DNA of 64,000 bases, taken from NCBI GenBank assembly GCA_040357565.1, contig JBDODJ010000054.1. One strand, given 5' to 3'. Shown piece after piece: positions 15,596-31,188 of the stretch. The notes below the pieces were generated by a model that was not told the origin of the DNA, searched no databases, and was given only the letters and a program-made list of their open reading frames with translations. The translations under genes and the position numbers were made by a program. Within the stretch, counting starts at the first letter, position 1, and each line of letters begins with the position of its first letter. The DNA comes from Cercozoa sp. M6MM. Its lineage: Eukaryota > Protista > Endomyxa: Ascetosporea.

Positions 15596-16708
15596 ATGCT
15601 GTCTCTGCTTGAGCCGCAACTGTCAAGATTCCCAGACTGTCAATCTATCTGGCGCTAAGTCCGAAGAACGTTTGTGAGCTCCGGGCCAGTCTCAAAATCT
15701 GAGGCTTGGACAGAGCCGTATGCAAGCGAGTGTGTGCTCGCTCTGTACGCATTGCCTGAGGACAAATGCGGTACACCTTGGATTTTCTTTTTTGAATAGG
15801 AACGGAACAGGTTTTTTGCATTTACAGAGGTCGGAAACCGAGTCAACGACGACGCAAGCGAAGTCTGTCATGTGGACCGCTATCGTACGTGCCGGTCGAG
15901 GAGATACTCGAAACCTCAAGTGCAGAGGAGGAGAAGTGTCTGCGTATTCGTGCCCATGAACCATCGAGGCGACCAGTTTATGTCACTCCACCTCGACGGC
16001 ACACTGTACATCCCAGTCGCACAAACAAAAACGTTTCTGGTCGAAGCCTGCGTCGTCCCGCCCTCGATCACGACGCCTTTCTAGATTATATGCTGCTGTT
16101 TGGTAAGTCAGTTCAGTTCATGCATAAAGTAGGAACTTTGTTGGTGTGCACAGAAACTATGTCCGAGCAAGATGAGTTTGATGACAACGATAGCTTGGCC
16201 GAGGTGAGACCGAAGCGGTAGAGTTCGCAAACTTTCACTGCGAGTAAAGCTGCTGCAATCACGAGTTTTGGCACAGAGTTTCGTTGCTGCGACACTCAGT
16301 CGACGAGTCGGCAAACGTGACAATGCGACAAACCCGCGCACTGACGACGACTATGCACGACATGCGGAAACGACAGCAGCATTTTCTTCCAGACTTTGAC
16401 ATTGACTCGACTCAACTGTACCTACGCTGTTACTACTTAGTGTCGTGTTTAATTCTTCCAAATGTGATGTCCCACAGGTGCAGCATGGGCACCACACTTG
16501 AGTCGGAAGATGAAGACACCGTGGAAGAGGATTTCGCGCATGAATATGAGTGAGCTTCTTTTAAATCTATCAGTTTGTCATATTGCCGCTCATGCGCGTG
16601 CAGCACCGTAATGACGCCGGTTTCGCGCGTGTCGCTTTCTCTCCCGTCGCCTATCAATGTTGCAGCTGCACACCTCGGTAGTCGTGCCCCCACCCGTAAG
16701 ACTAGCTA
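15596..16708 (+). CDS. Hypothetical multi-exon acidic/low-complexity protein
   Basis: Open exon-like segments bounded by AG/GT (PVEEILETSSAEEEK..., SEQDEFDDNDSLAE, TTLESEDEDTVEEDF). No family recognised and ends uncertain. Confidence 0.45.
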
Positions 16709-17813
16709 AAACTCTCGTTCAGAAATGAAACTTAGATTTATTGATTCTTGATGTTCCACTTTGCAGATGAAGACGAGCACGTGGCAGTGCGTGGTAGTTG
16801 CGCCGCTCGTCGGCGTTCGCTGATGCCAAGCTGGGTGAGTTCACTACTTCCGTTGCATGGTGGTCAGATAAATTTACATTTGCCGGGAGAGTAGGTTTCA
16901 AAAAAGTCTCCGCATCAAGGGCATTCGTCAACGAAAGAGCTTGAACATCAACAACATGGTGACGTTGACGTCTGTAGTAAGCCGACCGAGACAACTCACA
17001 ACCCACTGACACAGTAATTTAACTTCTCGTACGGTTGGGCAGTACGAAAACTACTGAAACTGGTACCGGGTACCGGATTGTTACTGACGGTTGTCAGTGA
17101 AAAGAAACGAAGCGAGGGAATCAAATGGGTGATTCAGTTTGTAGAAGCGAAGTGAAGAATTACCCCAACTGGGTTCTTACGTCAAACTAGACGGAGTTGT
17201 AGACGGAATCTTCCGTCACGGGGAAAATCGTGAGAAGATTTAACGGAAAAAACCCCTTCTCTCTACAGCAGCCAATGCTTACTTGTAGAGGTGAATATCA
17301 GTACAAACTGCAGAGCAACTGACCAGCTGATGCCAAGGAGATGAGGTTTTCTCTTTGCCAACTGGCAGGCTCAATCTACAGGACAGGCTTTCAGACAGGT
17401 CCAGTCACAGCTCTATAGGCAGTAGTACCGTAGAGCCACAAACTCTTAACTCTTCTTTCTCTTTTACTTCAATGATGGGAGACCAACTGGTCTGTCTGGG
17501 TTTATCCCCGCGGAGACTGCATAATCTGAGTCAGTCTGTAACATGATTGCAGCGCCGAAAGCACCCACGTCAGCCGAGCACGAATTAACCGAACGCGACG
17601 GAACTAACGTAAGACTTTAAATGAAATCGTCGCACACACTGGCATGCATCTTCGCGTATCACGTCACGGCCGGGCACCCCGCATGGCCGCTTTGCATCAC
17701 GTACTTATAGACATTCGTAGTCCGACCGACGCTGGTACAGGGAAATTACATAGCAGACTGACGTGATTGGATCGCAACTCAACCTCGGACGCAAATCGAG
17801 GGGTACTCACAAA

Positions 17814-18847
17814 TCAAGCAACGAGGTTGAAGCGTGCAACGGGCGCGGTTTCCGTGCTCTACAACCATAACATGCGTTGCAAGCCGAGGCACGAGTGAGT
17901 ACGGACGCAGAAAGTAAAAACCGACCTGTGCACCGTAGGCCGCCAGACAGAAGCGAACTTCGCTGTTCTCATCGACAAGGTTGTCGGCGATGTCGACAGT
18001 CTCACCCACTTGCGCGAAGGCATCATCGGATTCGTTTGCCAACTCGCACTTGACCATCTTGCGGACTTTGTCGACTAAGAAACTGGGGCATACAAAAGCA
18101 ACATGCAATGGCGCGGTGGCATGTGTTCAAGTACCAGAGACACGGAGACGGACGCTAACAGACACGGCGTCCTCAGCAAGTGCATGCTTGTGCATCACTT
18201 GAGGTTCACCTTTGCCTGTACAGTGTTTGGGTATCAGCGTTTACACAAAAAACAACGACGCAAGCGGAATACTCTGTTTGGCGATCACGAGCGCCACACG
18301 CGGAGACTTCTTCATGCCTTCGACGACAACTTTGACGTACTCCTCGTCAGAAACGTACACGTGCACGCCGGCCTAGGCATGTTTGAGAGTCGCCAACACA
18401 TACACACAGACGGAGTAGTTCCTTGAAGCACCTGTTCACCGAAGCTTTTTGGCGTAAACTCAATATCGACAGTCAGCGTTCCTGGGGCATTCCGGCACTG
18501 ATACAAGTTGTACCAACAAAGCGAAGTGGTGCAGTTATACCCTCATCGCCGATGCTAGGCGACAGGAAGAGATTGCGCGCATCCGGCGCATCCCAGTTGA
18601 CGGCACTTCGCTTCTCCTGCGTCATCCTGCAATTTCACATTCTCCTCAGCAATGACAGCGCACAAAGGCTACATACAAACAAACCAGAGCGTGCCGGGCA
18701 AAGCGAGCAACTGAACGTTCTGTTACAACCGATCACATCATGTGCTCTGGGGAGTTACAGGCTTTGTTTTAAAACGCGATGAAGATTTACATCATCTCCC
18801 GCGTGGATTTCACCCTGTGGTCGAACGCAGCTCCACTCGCTCAACAT
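17814..18847 (-). CDS. Stand-alone ConA-like beta-sandwich protein (DUF1349 / beta-xylosidase C-terminal-like)
   Basis: Spliced: MLSEWSCVRP..|NVQLLALPGTLW|...DARNLFL...TLTVDIEFTPKSFGEQ|AGVHVYVSDEEYVKVVVEG. Fits the F-x-P...QAG-hh-Y-x-D-xx-YVK signature. Confidence 0.6.
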
Positions 18848-19344
18848 GACGTTTCCGATGCCAATGCTGAAACCACGTGATGGCGGCGTCCGAGGTATTG
18901 TACAAATCGTAATACTGTACACCAGGAAAAAAGTGCGCCGTCACTGCCACAGTACTGGCTGGAGTAGCCAAAATAATGATTGTTGTTCGGCTGCACTGGT
19001 CTATGGTTGAAAGCTGAAGCCGTGCTCTTGTTTTAATAAACCAGACCAACAGTTCACAGTCACGTATGCAGTCTTCGGTGCTCTGTGCCGGGATTTTTGC
19101 TGTACAGTATGAGCCGATTGCGAGAGTGGTCAGCTCGACTGTGTGTCGATCTTTCACCAGAAGAGGGAGTACAATACTTGCCTGGACTGAGTCAGCACAG
19201 ACTCTACAGGCCTCCTTTGAGGAGTAAACTTAGGTCGTTTAACCAGCCGGCAGGTGCAGCTCTACCTTTCAGTTATTGTTTGCTTGGTACCTTTTGCCTT
19301 TTGCATCACTAGCCAGCACCGCAGTTCTTGCCGGACAGCACACC

Positions 19345-20735
19345 ATGATGTGGAGACACACGATGAAACTTGTGTTGCTCTTCGCAGCGGTGTCGACGAA
19401 GCAGGTGCGGGGTGAGATTTTCAAGTTCGCAGAACGACCGAGAGAATGGAAAGGAGGTACCGATGCTTGAGTCACTGACATACAGTACGTTTGTATATAG
19501 CCCTACTTGCTTTGTCTAAAAGGTCTGGAGCTGCTGTACAATCCAAACGATCCATACCCGTACCACAAGCCACAGCCCGACTTAATCGACGAGCACCACG
19601 AGGTAAACCTACCCAACGTGGGCAGGTTGTGAGGTGCAATGCCTGGTCACGCTTGCTTGTACCTTGCGTAGATGCTGTACATTCACAATGTGATGTACGA
19701 CGAGGATTGCATCGTGGGCACGATGAACCCACTGCCAGCCACTTGGCGCTACGTTTGCATGGAGGTACTCTACAAACCATCGGTGCGGTGCCTGGGTGAT
19801 GTCCATACTATTTCGTGCGTTTACAGAAATGTATGGAGTGCATTGCCATGCTCCAACCGGAGTTGCACGAAGACCGTGAGCCTCGCATGGCATTCGAGTG
19901 CACTGGCACCACGTTTTACTGGGTATGACGCACGCACACGCATCACGTTTCTTGTTCGAGTGCACGAGACAATTCACTCTAGTTGCGTTGACAACAGGGT
20001 CAAGCTGAGAAGGAGTACTTTCGACCCTCAGTGAACTGTTACTACCAAGAAGGACACACGCCACACTGGGTCATGGCGTGCTATCGTACCTTGTTGCTAC
20101 ACTCCCAACGACCAATCTGATACGTTTGTACTGTTTATGGCATCCACACAGAGATCCCAGTCCTGTTCTTGCTGTACCCGTTGGTGCGACTGCTGATGTA
20201 CTTGCTGCCACACAACGTGTGCCCGGTCCAAGACGCTGAGGACATCAACCACTTTTACATGCAGCAGCAGTACGTGGTACAGAGCAAAATCCTTTCCTTA
20301 CAGAGATGATAACATAGACAAAGATATGGGTTGTGTGCGTGAATGTGCAGGTCCGACACCCGATCTTCCAGCACTTTGTCGAACTGGAGGATCGAGAGAC
20401 GACAAAGGTGCTGGGCATTCAACAAGGCGAGTACATCATGCGTGGACTCGAGGCGATTTCACGTGACCCGCAGCTACGCAACCTTATGTTTGCGGTACCT
20501 TGACACAACCCTACCGCTGCCATCCACTGATGCTTCGGACACAAGAATGTGTTGCAATGTAATGCAGGATGTGGAAGAAGACGTACCAATGTCGGATGAG
20601 GAGATGGTGCGCCTCGCCACCGACGCAGAGGCGCTGCGGCAGCGCCTGTATGCGACGCGCACAATGCCGCTCAACCGCAAGCGACGCATGGTGCCGGGGC
20701 ACCCCACCGAGCGCTGGTCACGCTACCACAACTAA
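19345..20735 (+). CDS. Hypothetical secreted protein, possible saposin-like Cys pattern
   Basis: Signal-like MKLVLLFAAVSTKQVRG. In-phase exons GLELLYNPNDPYPYHKP, MLYIHNVMYDEDC, KCMECIAML...PHNVC. Terminal exon ends RWSRYHN*. Confidence 0.55.
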
Positions 20736-21081
20736 CCGAACTCCTAGTAGCACAACTAACCGAACTTTAACAACGCTTGGGGAAGTCGGACTAATCAACG
20801 CGACCTATCACGTACAGTAAATTATACCGGCTGGAGTACTACCGCGTCACCGCGATCAGCCAACTAAACGCAGGTCACGGTGAGCGACTAAGCTACGTAC
20901 GCATATCACGTTAAAGCAAGCCGAGAATTTTAACGAAAATGAAACCCTACAATAACTACATTTCAGGGTGCGTAGTTAACCAACCCCCTGGCGTCTGAAT
21001 GGAACAAAATGGCTGAACAGAACGGGCAGACATCGCATCCTGGGCACCTCGTCCGTCGCTCACGTCATGACGCGAGTCACG

Positions 21082-22381
21082 TCAATCCTTGCGAAGCAGT
21101 GACCTGCCGTTGCCGTTGTCTCGTTGCAGCAGACGGCGACGAGCTGCGCGCGTGATCTCCTCTGCATACACAAGATATAACACAGGCTTGCACCAACACA
21201 CATCTTTGTACCTCGCTCGTCGTTCTCACGCTCACGAAGCAGCACATCCATCTCAAACTGCGGGTAAGAGCAGAGTAGGACGAACACTGAGTGCAGGACA
21301 AACACAGCCGTACCTTGGCAACGCGGCCTCGCACACCGCCCTTCTCAACGATACGCTCGAGCACGCGAATGCGCTGATCGCGTGCCTCACGGCGCGCCAA
21401 GGCAGCTGCACACCGAGCGGAAGGATTCTCCAACACATGAAGCACAAAGACACACAGAGGCAGAGCAAAAAGCTTACACTCGTAGTCCTTCATGATGCGT
21501 GCGAGCGGTGACTGCGGGTACGAGGTTTGTCGCTGCAGCTGCTGCGCACGAGTCGGTTTGGTCGGCGGTTCAATCGGCAACGCGGGCACCGACTTGAGCG
21601 TGCGCTGCGGGTGCTGCTGCTGCTGCTCGGTGTGCTGTTCGACAGTGCTCGGAGTGGTGTCAGTCGGAGGTGTCTCAGTCGGAGTGACATCAGCCGAAGG
21701 TGTCTCAGTCGGAGGTGCCTCAGCCGAAGGTGTCTCACTAGTAGGAGTCTTCACAGGCGTCGGAGTGACTGGAGGCTCAGACTGCGCCCGCTGCTCGGAC
21801 TCGAAGGACGGTTGTGGCAACACCGCCTGTTCCGACGATTGCTCGGTCGGTGTAGACTCGGACTCTCCTTGCTGCTGCGACTGCTCAAACGCGCCGTGTT
21901 GTGACTGGCACTGCTGCGACTCGGACTGACCGGCAAGAACAGTGTCATCGGCCGAGTCAGCCACATCATCAGTGCCCTCAGTCTCTGCTGTGGTCACCTC
22001 AGCGACCTCAGCGACCTTAATCACCTCGGTGACCTCGGGAGTGACCTCAGTGACCTTAATCACCTCGGCGACCTCGGGAGTGACCTCAGTGACCGCGGGA
22101 GTGACCTCAGCAGTCCCCTCGGCCGGTGTCTCGGCCTCGAGCACATCGTCGTCGATGTCGTCGATGCCGTCGATGAGCGTGCTGGCGTCGATGGCGGCCG
22201 CCTCCTCGCTGGCACGCGCACCTACACCGGCAGCCGCTGGCGTTCGCTGGCGCCGCCATGTGCGCATCTGGCGAGCCGTGTGAGCCCTGTAACCACAGGT
22301 ACGCCGCATAAAGGCATGCTTTAAAAATAAAAAATATATCTATATAAGTGATAATATTTATATACATACAAAGGTATAGAA

Positions 22382-22422
<41 letters not shown>

Positions 22423-23506
22423 GTTTATGCGAGGCGAAGCAGCAGTACTTGGCAGCGGTGTCGTCAATGACGGCAGTGACCTGGAACTCAATGTGCAGCT
22501 GCACCTTACTGTCGTGCCGCGGGTCAACCGTGAACCACGCCTGCGTCTCAAAGTCGCGCCGCACGTCGGCCGAAAAACGTGCCAGTTCGATCTCCACGCG
22601 TCCGAGACTGTCGTCGACGTCGAGCCGGTCGCGATCGAACACCGTCACTACTCGAGAGGCAATGACACATAACCTACCCAGCATCGACTATAACATACAG
22701 CACATGGCAAAGCTACCGACAAGAGGGGACGACAGCGGAATGCGCAGGAAGACAAAGGGCTCCTCATCGTCAAAGCGGTGATCAGCACCCGGCTCCGAGG
22801 CCGTGTCGGTCTTGTGCGAGAGCTCAATGCCCGTGACCTGTGTGACCTGCAGCTTGACGTACGGCAGCGGCAGGCGCTCCTGTCGCTCGAGCGACGGCAG
22901 CGAGCGCACGCCCAGTATCTTCACCTTGAGTGTACCCAGCGACGTCGTCTTTGGCTGCTGCAGGCACGTGTACACATCCAAGGACACAGACACAGACACA
23001 GACACAGACACGGACACGCGACCCGAGTCCTACCAAACTGACACGTTTACGGGTCAGCTGCGACTTGCTACAGACAGCACAGCACAGGGATAGCATGTGC
23101 AGCAGTTCCAAGCACAGGGTGACACGAGAAAAGGTGTGTGTGTGTGCGTATGGCAGGCGTACCTACTGCGTGCTGCAAGCATCGAGAGGAACTGCGCGTC
23201 CTCTTCGTCGTCATCCAAGGCCGGGTCCTTGTCGGACTCGGCAGTGTCGGCGGCCGTGTTCTTCGAGGACGCCTCGGCATCGGCAATGCCACCGATCGGC
23301 AGAGCGACGCCTGCACTGTTGTCGCCACCGTCTTTGGCACCGGGACCACTCTCGGGTGTCTCGCCCGGGCAGGTGTCGACACTGGTGCCGGCATCGTCAG
23401 CGGCATTGGTAGACTCTGCCGACGGCGGCTCGGCCACGTCGTCGTCGTCGCTGTCGGCGTGCTCCTCGGCGATGGTCCCGGCGAAGAGTTCTTCCGCGTC
23501 ACGACT
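21082..23506 (-). CDS. C2-domain protein with long acidic/Pro-Thr-rich repeats (5' end missing at gap)
   Basis: LGTLKVKILGVRSLP..PYVKL, VVTVFDRDRLDVDDSLGRVEIEL, WFTV, VQLHIEF. EVTEVTP and TETPS repeats. First visible exon starts at an acceptor, with no upstream exon before the N-gap. Confidence 0.75.
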
Positions 23507-23552
23507 CTGCACAATGACACACCGTGTAACACACCCACACACACACACACAC

Positions 23553-23652
23553 NNNNNNNNNNNNNNNNNNNNNNNNNNNNNNNNNNNNNNNNNNNNNNNN
23601 NNNNNNNNNNNNNNNNNNNNNNNNNNNNNNNNNNNNNNNNNNNNNNNNNNNN
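23553..23652. other. 100-N scaffold gap flanked by (CA)n on the left and (TG)n on the right
   Basis: Seen directly. Other 10-N gaps at about 31819, 35448, 54612 and 59596 also sit in simple repeats. Confidence 0.98.
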
Positions 23653-23777
<125 letters not shown>

Positions 23778-24256
23778 ATGGGTGGCCAAGCCGGCTTGCA
23801 ACGGATGGTGCAACAGGTGCAACAAGACCCGTCGCGCATGCAACAGATGATGCAGCAGATGATGGGAGGCATGGGTGGTGGCATGCCAGGTAGCACTGAC
23901 CTGGCTCTGTAAATGTGTGCATCTGTTTTTTGACTCTGGTTTTTGTACAGGTGGTGGCAACATGGGCAACATGATGCAGCAGGTACACTTGTGTGTCCCT
24001 TATCTATGTAGTGATGTCTGGGTCGTGTGTCGTCTCTGCAGATGATGCAGCAGATGGGCGGCATGGGTGGTCTCGGAAACCTCATGAGCGGCATGGGTGG
24101 TGAGCCACCTCTCTCTCTCCCTCTCATCTTTCGTGCCTGCCTGAGCTACACTGAGCGTATAGTGAAAGAATCCTTTCTTGGTTAGGTGCCGGTGCGGGCA
24201 GTGCCGGGATGGGTGCGCCGCCTCCGGGCATGAGAGGTGTTCGTCGACGTCGTTAG
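23778..24256 (+). CDS. SRP54: SRP54 terminal exons (Met/Gly-rich C-terminus), orphaned on the opposite strand
   Basis: (TG)n-CAG|MGGQAGLQRMVQQVQQDPSRMQQMMQQMMGGMGGGMP plus three further exons ending MRGVRRRR*. Continues DPRMLQQ in phase 0 (compare human [20 protein letters not shown]). Confidence 0.85.
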
Positions 24257-24512
24257 GCAAGCTCACGTCGCGTACAGTAACAGGACCGGACGTGTACGTA
24301 GTGTACGGTAGTACGCATGCGCATTACGATCGCGAGCTGAGTCAAGCTGTCGGTCGTAGTTTCGTTATATCTATTAGTTCGAATTCGGCGCAGTCCGGTC
24401 ACGGTCTACAACGCAAAGTACTAAAAACAAAAACCGCTGCGCTGGTGACCCGGCACTCGCGCGCATGGGCACCTCACGGTACGGTAGAAACATCAACTAA
24501 AAACAGCTGGAG

Positions 24513-27249
<2,737 letters not shown>

Positions 27250-27608
27250 GCCGCTCTCTGCCGAAGCAACGCAACAGGATGAAGTGCTTCGCGCGACTCG
27301 CACGGCAAGCTGTTCTCTGAGAGATGCCCGCCGTGTGAGCACTGGTGTCTCTCAGGGAACACACTATTGCACTCCAAAGATTCCAAGAGAGCACACACGC
27401 CCTCCGGTTTAGAGACACCTTTTTGGATCATCGACCGGTGCGTTTCTCCTGCAAGGTCGAAAATACCAACGCAAAACGAAAAATGGGTGAGAAGTCGAAA
27501 ACTACGTTCCGTTCGACCGGGCTCGACCGCAGACAGCGCTGCGCTAGGCTAGAAACCTCTCACTGGCAGTACACCATACGATACCTACGCTATGGTATGA
27601 TGAAGTGA

Positions 27609-27856
27609 CACTGGCTATTCGGGTATGCCCGGATTGGCGGGGCGTCTTTGCAAAATCCTACCGTTAGGGGTTGTGGGCTTTCCTAAGTTTCCTTGACGGA
27701 CCCTATTATTTGCCCTTGGGTATCTGGTAGGTGTAGGTAGTTACTGCACCCCTGGACGGTTTTCACTTTTTTGATGATAGGGATTTTCCCCTTCCAAGAC
27801 CAAAGAAAAAAAGCGCCCCGCCAATCTGGGACCGACGTACCCTGACTATTCCAGTG
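27609..27856 (+). other. Intergenic long imperfect inverted repeat (structured ncRNA or MITE candidate)
   Basis: Nested arms: CACTGG/CCAGTG, GGGTATG/CGTACCC, perfect GATTGGCGGGGCG (27632-44)/CGCCCCGCCAATC (27814-26), AAAATCCTA/TAGGGATTTT, CCGTTAGGGGT/ACCCCTGGACGG. Confidence 0.7.
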
Positions 27857-27954
27857 CTAGTAGGTAGTCGAATACAGAGCGCAGTACTGCTGTACATGAT
27901 GAGCGACTCTTGTTTACGTTTAACAATTTGCCGTAGCGCTGAGACTACGTTACG

Positions 27955-28310
27955 TCAGCGCATTAGACGACGCATGCGACGGGTGTTGCTCTCGATGCGC
28001 GCTTCAGCTTCAGTAGCACGCTCGTCAATCTCTTCCAGACCCTGAACACACAGACACATACAGACACACAGACACAGACACACGTACACAGGCGTACAAG
28101 AAACATAAAGGAAACACGCCGGTGAATAGTATATACCTCGTTGTGTGCCTGCATCTCAGTGTTCATGAGACGAGCCATATCGCCAAGTCGACGCACGCTG
28201 CCGTGCAGTTCATCAAGCATCTCGTTGCCTGCCTGCTGTGTCTGATTCTCCTATCGGTTTGAACCAACACACGAGCAGCAGCATACAGCATACAGCATAC
28301 AGCATACAGC

Positions 28311-28359
<49 letters not shown>

Positions 28360-29478
28360 CAAAGAAAGCACAAGGTACATCAAACTCGGTCTGCTGACCA
28401 CTGCGCAGTGTGTCAATGCGTCGTTGCAACGACGCGTCCACACTGGCACCCTGTCGCTCTGAAAAAACAGAGACACATAAAACCACAGATGCCACTGGTA
28501 CCGAGTAAAGTACCACTGTTTTTTTGTTGCCTTATGAGCGCATCATCGATTTGGCGGTCGTGTGCGTCAGTGATACGACCACTTGCGACACCATCCTTTC
28601 TATACACGCGTGGACATGTATATCCACGTCTAATTTTGGTGTTTATAAAAAAGAGTACTCGCGCGCGGCAGCCCGTTCGGCCTCGCTGCGAGGTTTGTTC
28701 TTGCGAAACAATGACGTGAAAAACCTGCGCACAAAGGAATCGAATGAAACAGATAAAACACAAAAATACACAAATACAAGTGTGACCCTTTCATGTTCTT
28801 GAGCGTCTTCTCCGAGTGCTCAAGCGACGCGTTCGCCTCGTCCAGCGATCGTCCCACATCGTCGATTTGCTGCACGAACACTGCAACATGCGAAATATGA
28901 GAACTGATGGTGCAGACGTACCTCGCGCTGGTGCCGCAGCTGTCGCAGACTTTGCGCACCGTCACTGCACACAGCGCACCCTGAAACTTACTTCATGCAG
29001 TGGGAGAAAGGCATGCACCTTTCGGCAGCACGTGCCATGGCGAGACTGCGCTGCAGCGACTCCTGAGCGGCCTGCTCGTGTCGCAGCACTTTCATTTGTG
29101 TGCGCTGCTGCGGCGCCTACAAGCAAACACGCAGTTCCTTAGTAAGCTGTGATACCACACACAGATTTCCCAAACATACCAGGTGAGAAAGCGACGCATC
29201 GGCATCAATCTCTGCCGACAATTGCGCAACCTGCAGCACCTCACAAGCATCGACGCGTAAACATACACAACTTGTACATCTGTACCTGCTGTTTGCGTTG
29301 TTCACGCGACTCATAAACGCGCGAACTTTGTGCTTCTGCACGATCTTGCAGTCGACTGAGGCACACAGAGGTAGCACATGCTAGATAGGTTGCAGGTTTC
29401 GCAACCGATGCCCGCGTACCGATTGCGTGCAGCTCGTCGTTCGGCACGTCGTGCCGCGCGCTCTTCAAGCGTCGACAT
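27955..29478 (-). CDS. SNAP-25-like Qbc-SNARE
   Basis: Two SNARE coils: ...QQIDDVGRSLDEANASLEHSEKTLKNMKG and MLDELHGSVRRLGDMARLMNTEMQAHNE|GLEEIDERATEAEARIESNTRRMRRL. No TM segment. Confidence 0.8.
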
Positions 29479-29818
29479 TGCCCTGCCTTCACACAGCAAC
29501 AATCTCCAAGCTTATAGGAGCGAACAGTACATTTGGAAGGAAAACCTCAGAAAAGACGAACTCGCGAGAACAGCAGAATAATCTGATGCGAGGCTAGAGC
29601 CGTGTTAATGTCTGCAGCTACGTGTTACTACTACACCTAAGTTTTAGAGAGCTGCGAGACCAGATTATGGCGCAGTTTTAAGCCCAAAAGTTAGAATTTA
29701 CACCTTGAGAGCCCGAGCCAAAACTTTTCAAGGGAGCACAGTTTTGCTTTCGCCAGTGGCTCTAAGTCGCTCTGCAAGTCGCTGTGGCGTTGTTATCAGG
29801 CCGAGCACTAGTCTGCGC

Positions 29819-31156
29819 ATGTCGGACTCCAGCGGCGCTGACTATGACGAGGTCGGTCGCTGCAATCTCAATGGCGGCGAGCTCGTGCGTGACCGCGACG
29901 ACAAGCGCTGCTACAGGGTATCAAACTCACGTAAAACCTGCACTCTTTACCTAAAGCTCGGTGTTAGAGCGAAGTTTTCTCGTGAAGCGCATATTGTTGT
30001 GCAGGTGCTGCGACGTGCAGGGGTGGGCACGTTTGGTACGGTTTATTCCGTGCTAAATGAGCGTACGGGCCATCGCACTGCCATCAAGATTGTGCGCTCG
30101 GTTCCGCGCTACCTGGTAGCTTGCTTTGTCGGGTATCCTCTTGTGCTTTTTTAGGTGTTTTGCAACTGCAGGATGCTGCCGAAATCGAGGTCGAGATTCT
30201 CGAGAAAATGAAGCGACGCGCTGAGGCACAAGGCATCGATCTGCGCGAGCGTTCGATTGTTCCTGTGATTGATCACTTTTGGGTACAGCCTCCCTTTGCC
30301 TTGCGTTGTCTTGCTTGTTGACGACGAGTTGTGTTTGTGTGCTTCAGACGAAACAAAACGAAAACAAGCACCTGGTGATTGAGTTCGAGTCGCTCGGACC
30401 CTCGCTGTACGATGAGATCAAAGCGTACAGTTTGTTCTTTTTTGACTCTTGAAAGATGAAAGCTCGATCGTGATTTGACCCGTGGTGCAGCAATCGTCAC
30501 AGAGGCTTCCGTTTCTCCCGCGTGCGCAACTTTGCGAAACAGATGTGTCGCGCACTTGACTGTACCTACCTCCGCGCTGACGTGTTTTGTTTGTGATATA
30601 CGTTTCTCCAACGTCTGACCCGAATGGACCGCAGTCATGCACACGACGTGCGACTTGACGCACACCGACATCAAGCCGGAAAACGTGCTGCTCGTCGATG
30701 CGCATCGCGACGAGATTCGAGTCATTGATTTCGGCGTACTTTCCTGCCTGTGTCTCGTCCGCGCGGAAGTTAACTGAGTGACCATAGTACTGTGTCTTTG
30801 TATCGGTAGGGTGCCACATTCTCGGAGCAGCATCATTCGAAAATGGTCAACACGCGACAGTACCGCGCGCCTGAGGTATTGTCTTTTGTTTTATTGGTAT
30901 ATTGGTTTATTGACATATTGGTAAACGGTATATTGGTAAACTGATATTGCCATCAGCTGGTAACTTTGTATTTGTCCAGGTGATTCTGGGCCTGCCGTGG
31001 TCACACTCGAGTGACATGTGGTCGCTGGGCTGCATGCTGGTGGAACTGGTGACTGGCGCGCTGCTGTTCCAGACGCACGAGGATCACGAACACCTGGCGC
31101 TAATGGAGAGGGTACCTCGCGTCTATTCTGTGCATACTGTATAGTTGTGTCTGTGT

Positions 31157-31188
<32 letters not shown>

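Noticed and set aside
17180-17280. Group I intron, U6 or RNase P motif fragments (ACTAGACGG, GAGAAGATT, GGAAAATC)
   Set aside because: Short partial matches in the wrong order and without their partner elements.
27590-27856. Specific identification as U3 snoRNA or SRP RNA
   Set aside because: No U3 box A/B or SRP helix-8 motif is recognisable, and the C/D-like boxes do not juxtapose correctly. Left as an unassigned structured element.
29311-29420. Apparent CxxC zinc finger at the SNARE N-terminus
   Set aside because: The cysteines fall inside the first intron. The spliced frame reads ARNR|RLQDRAEAQ.
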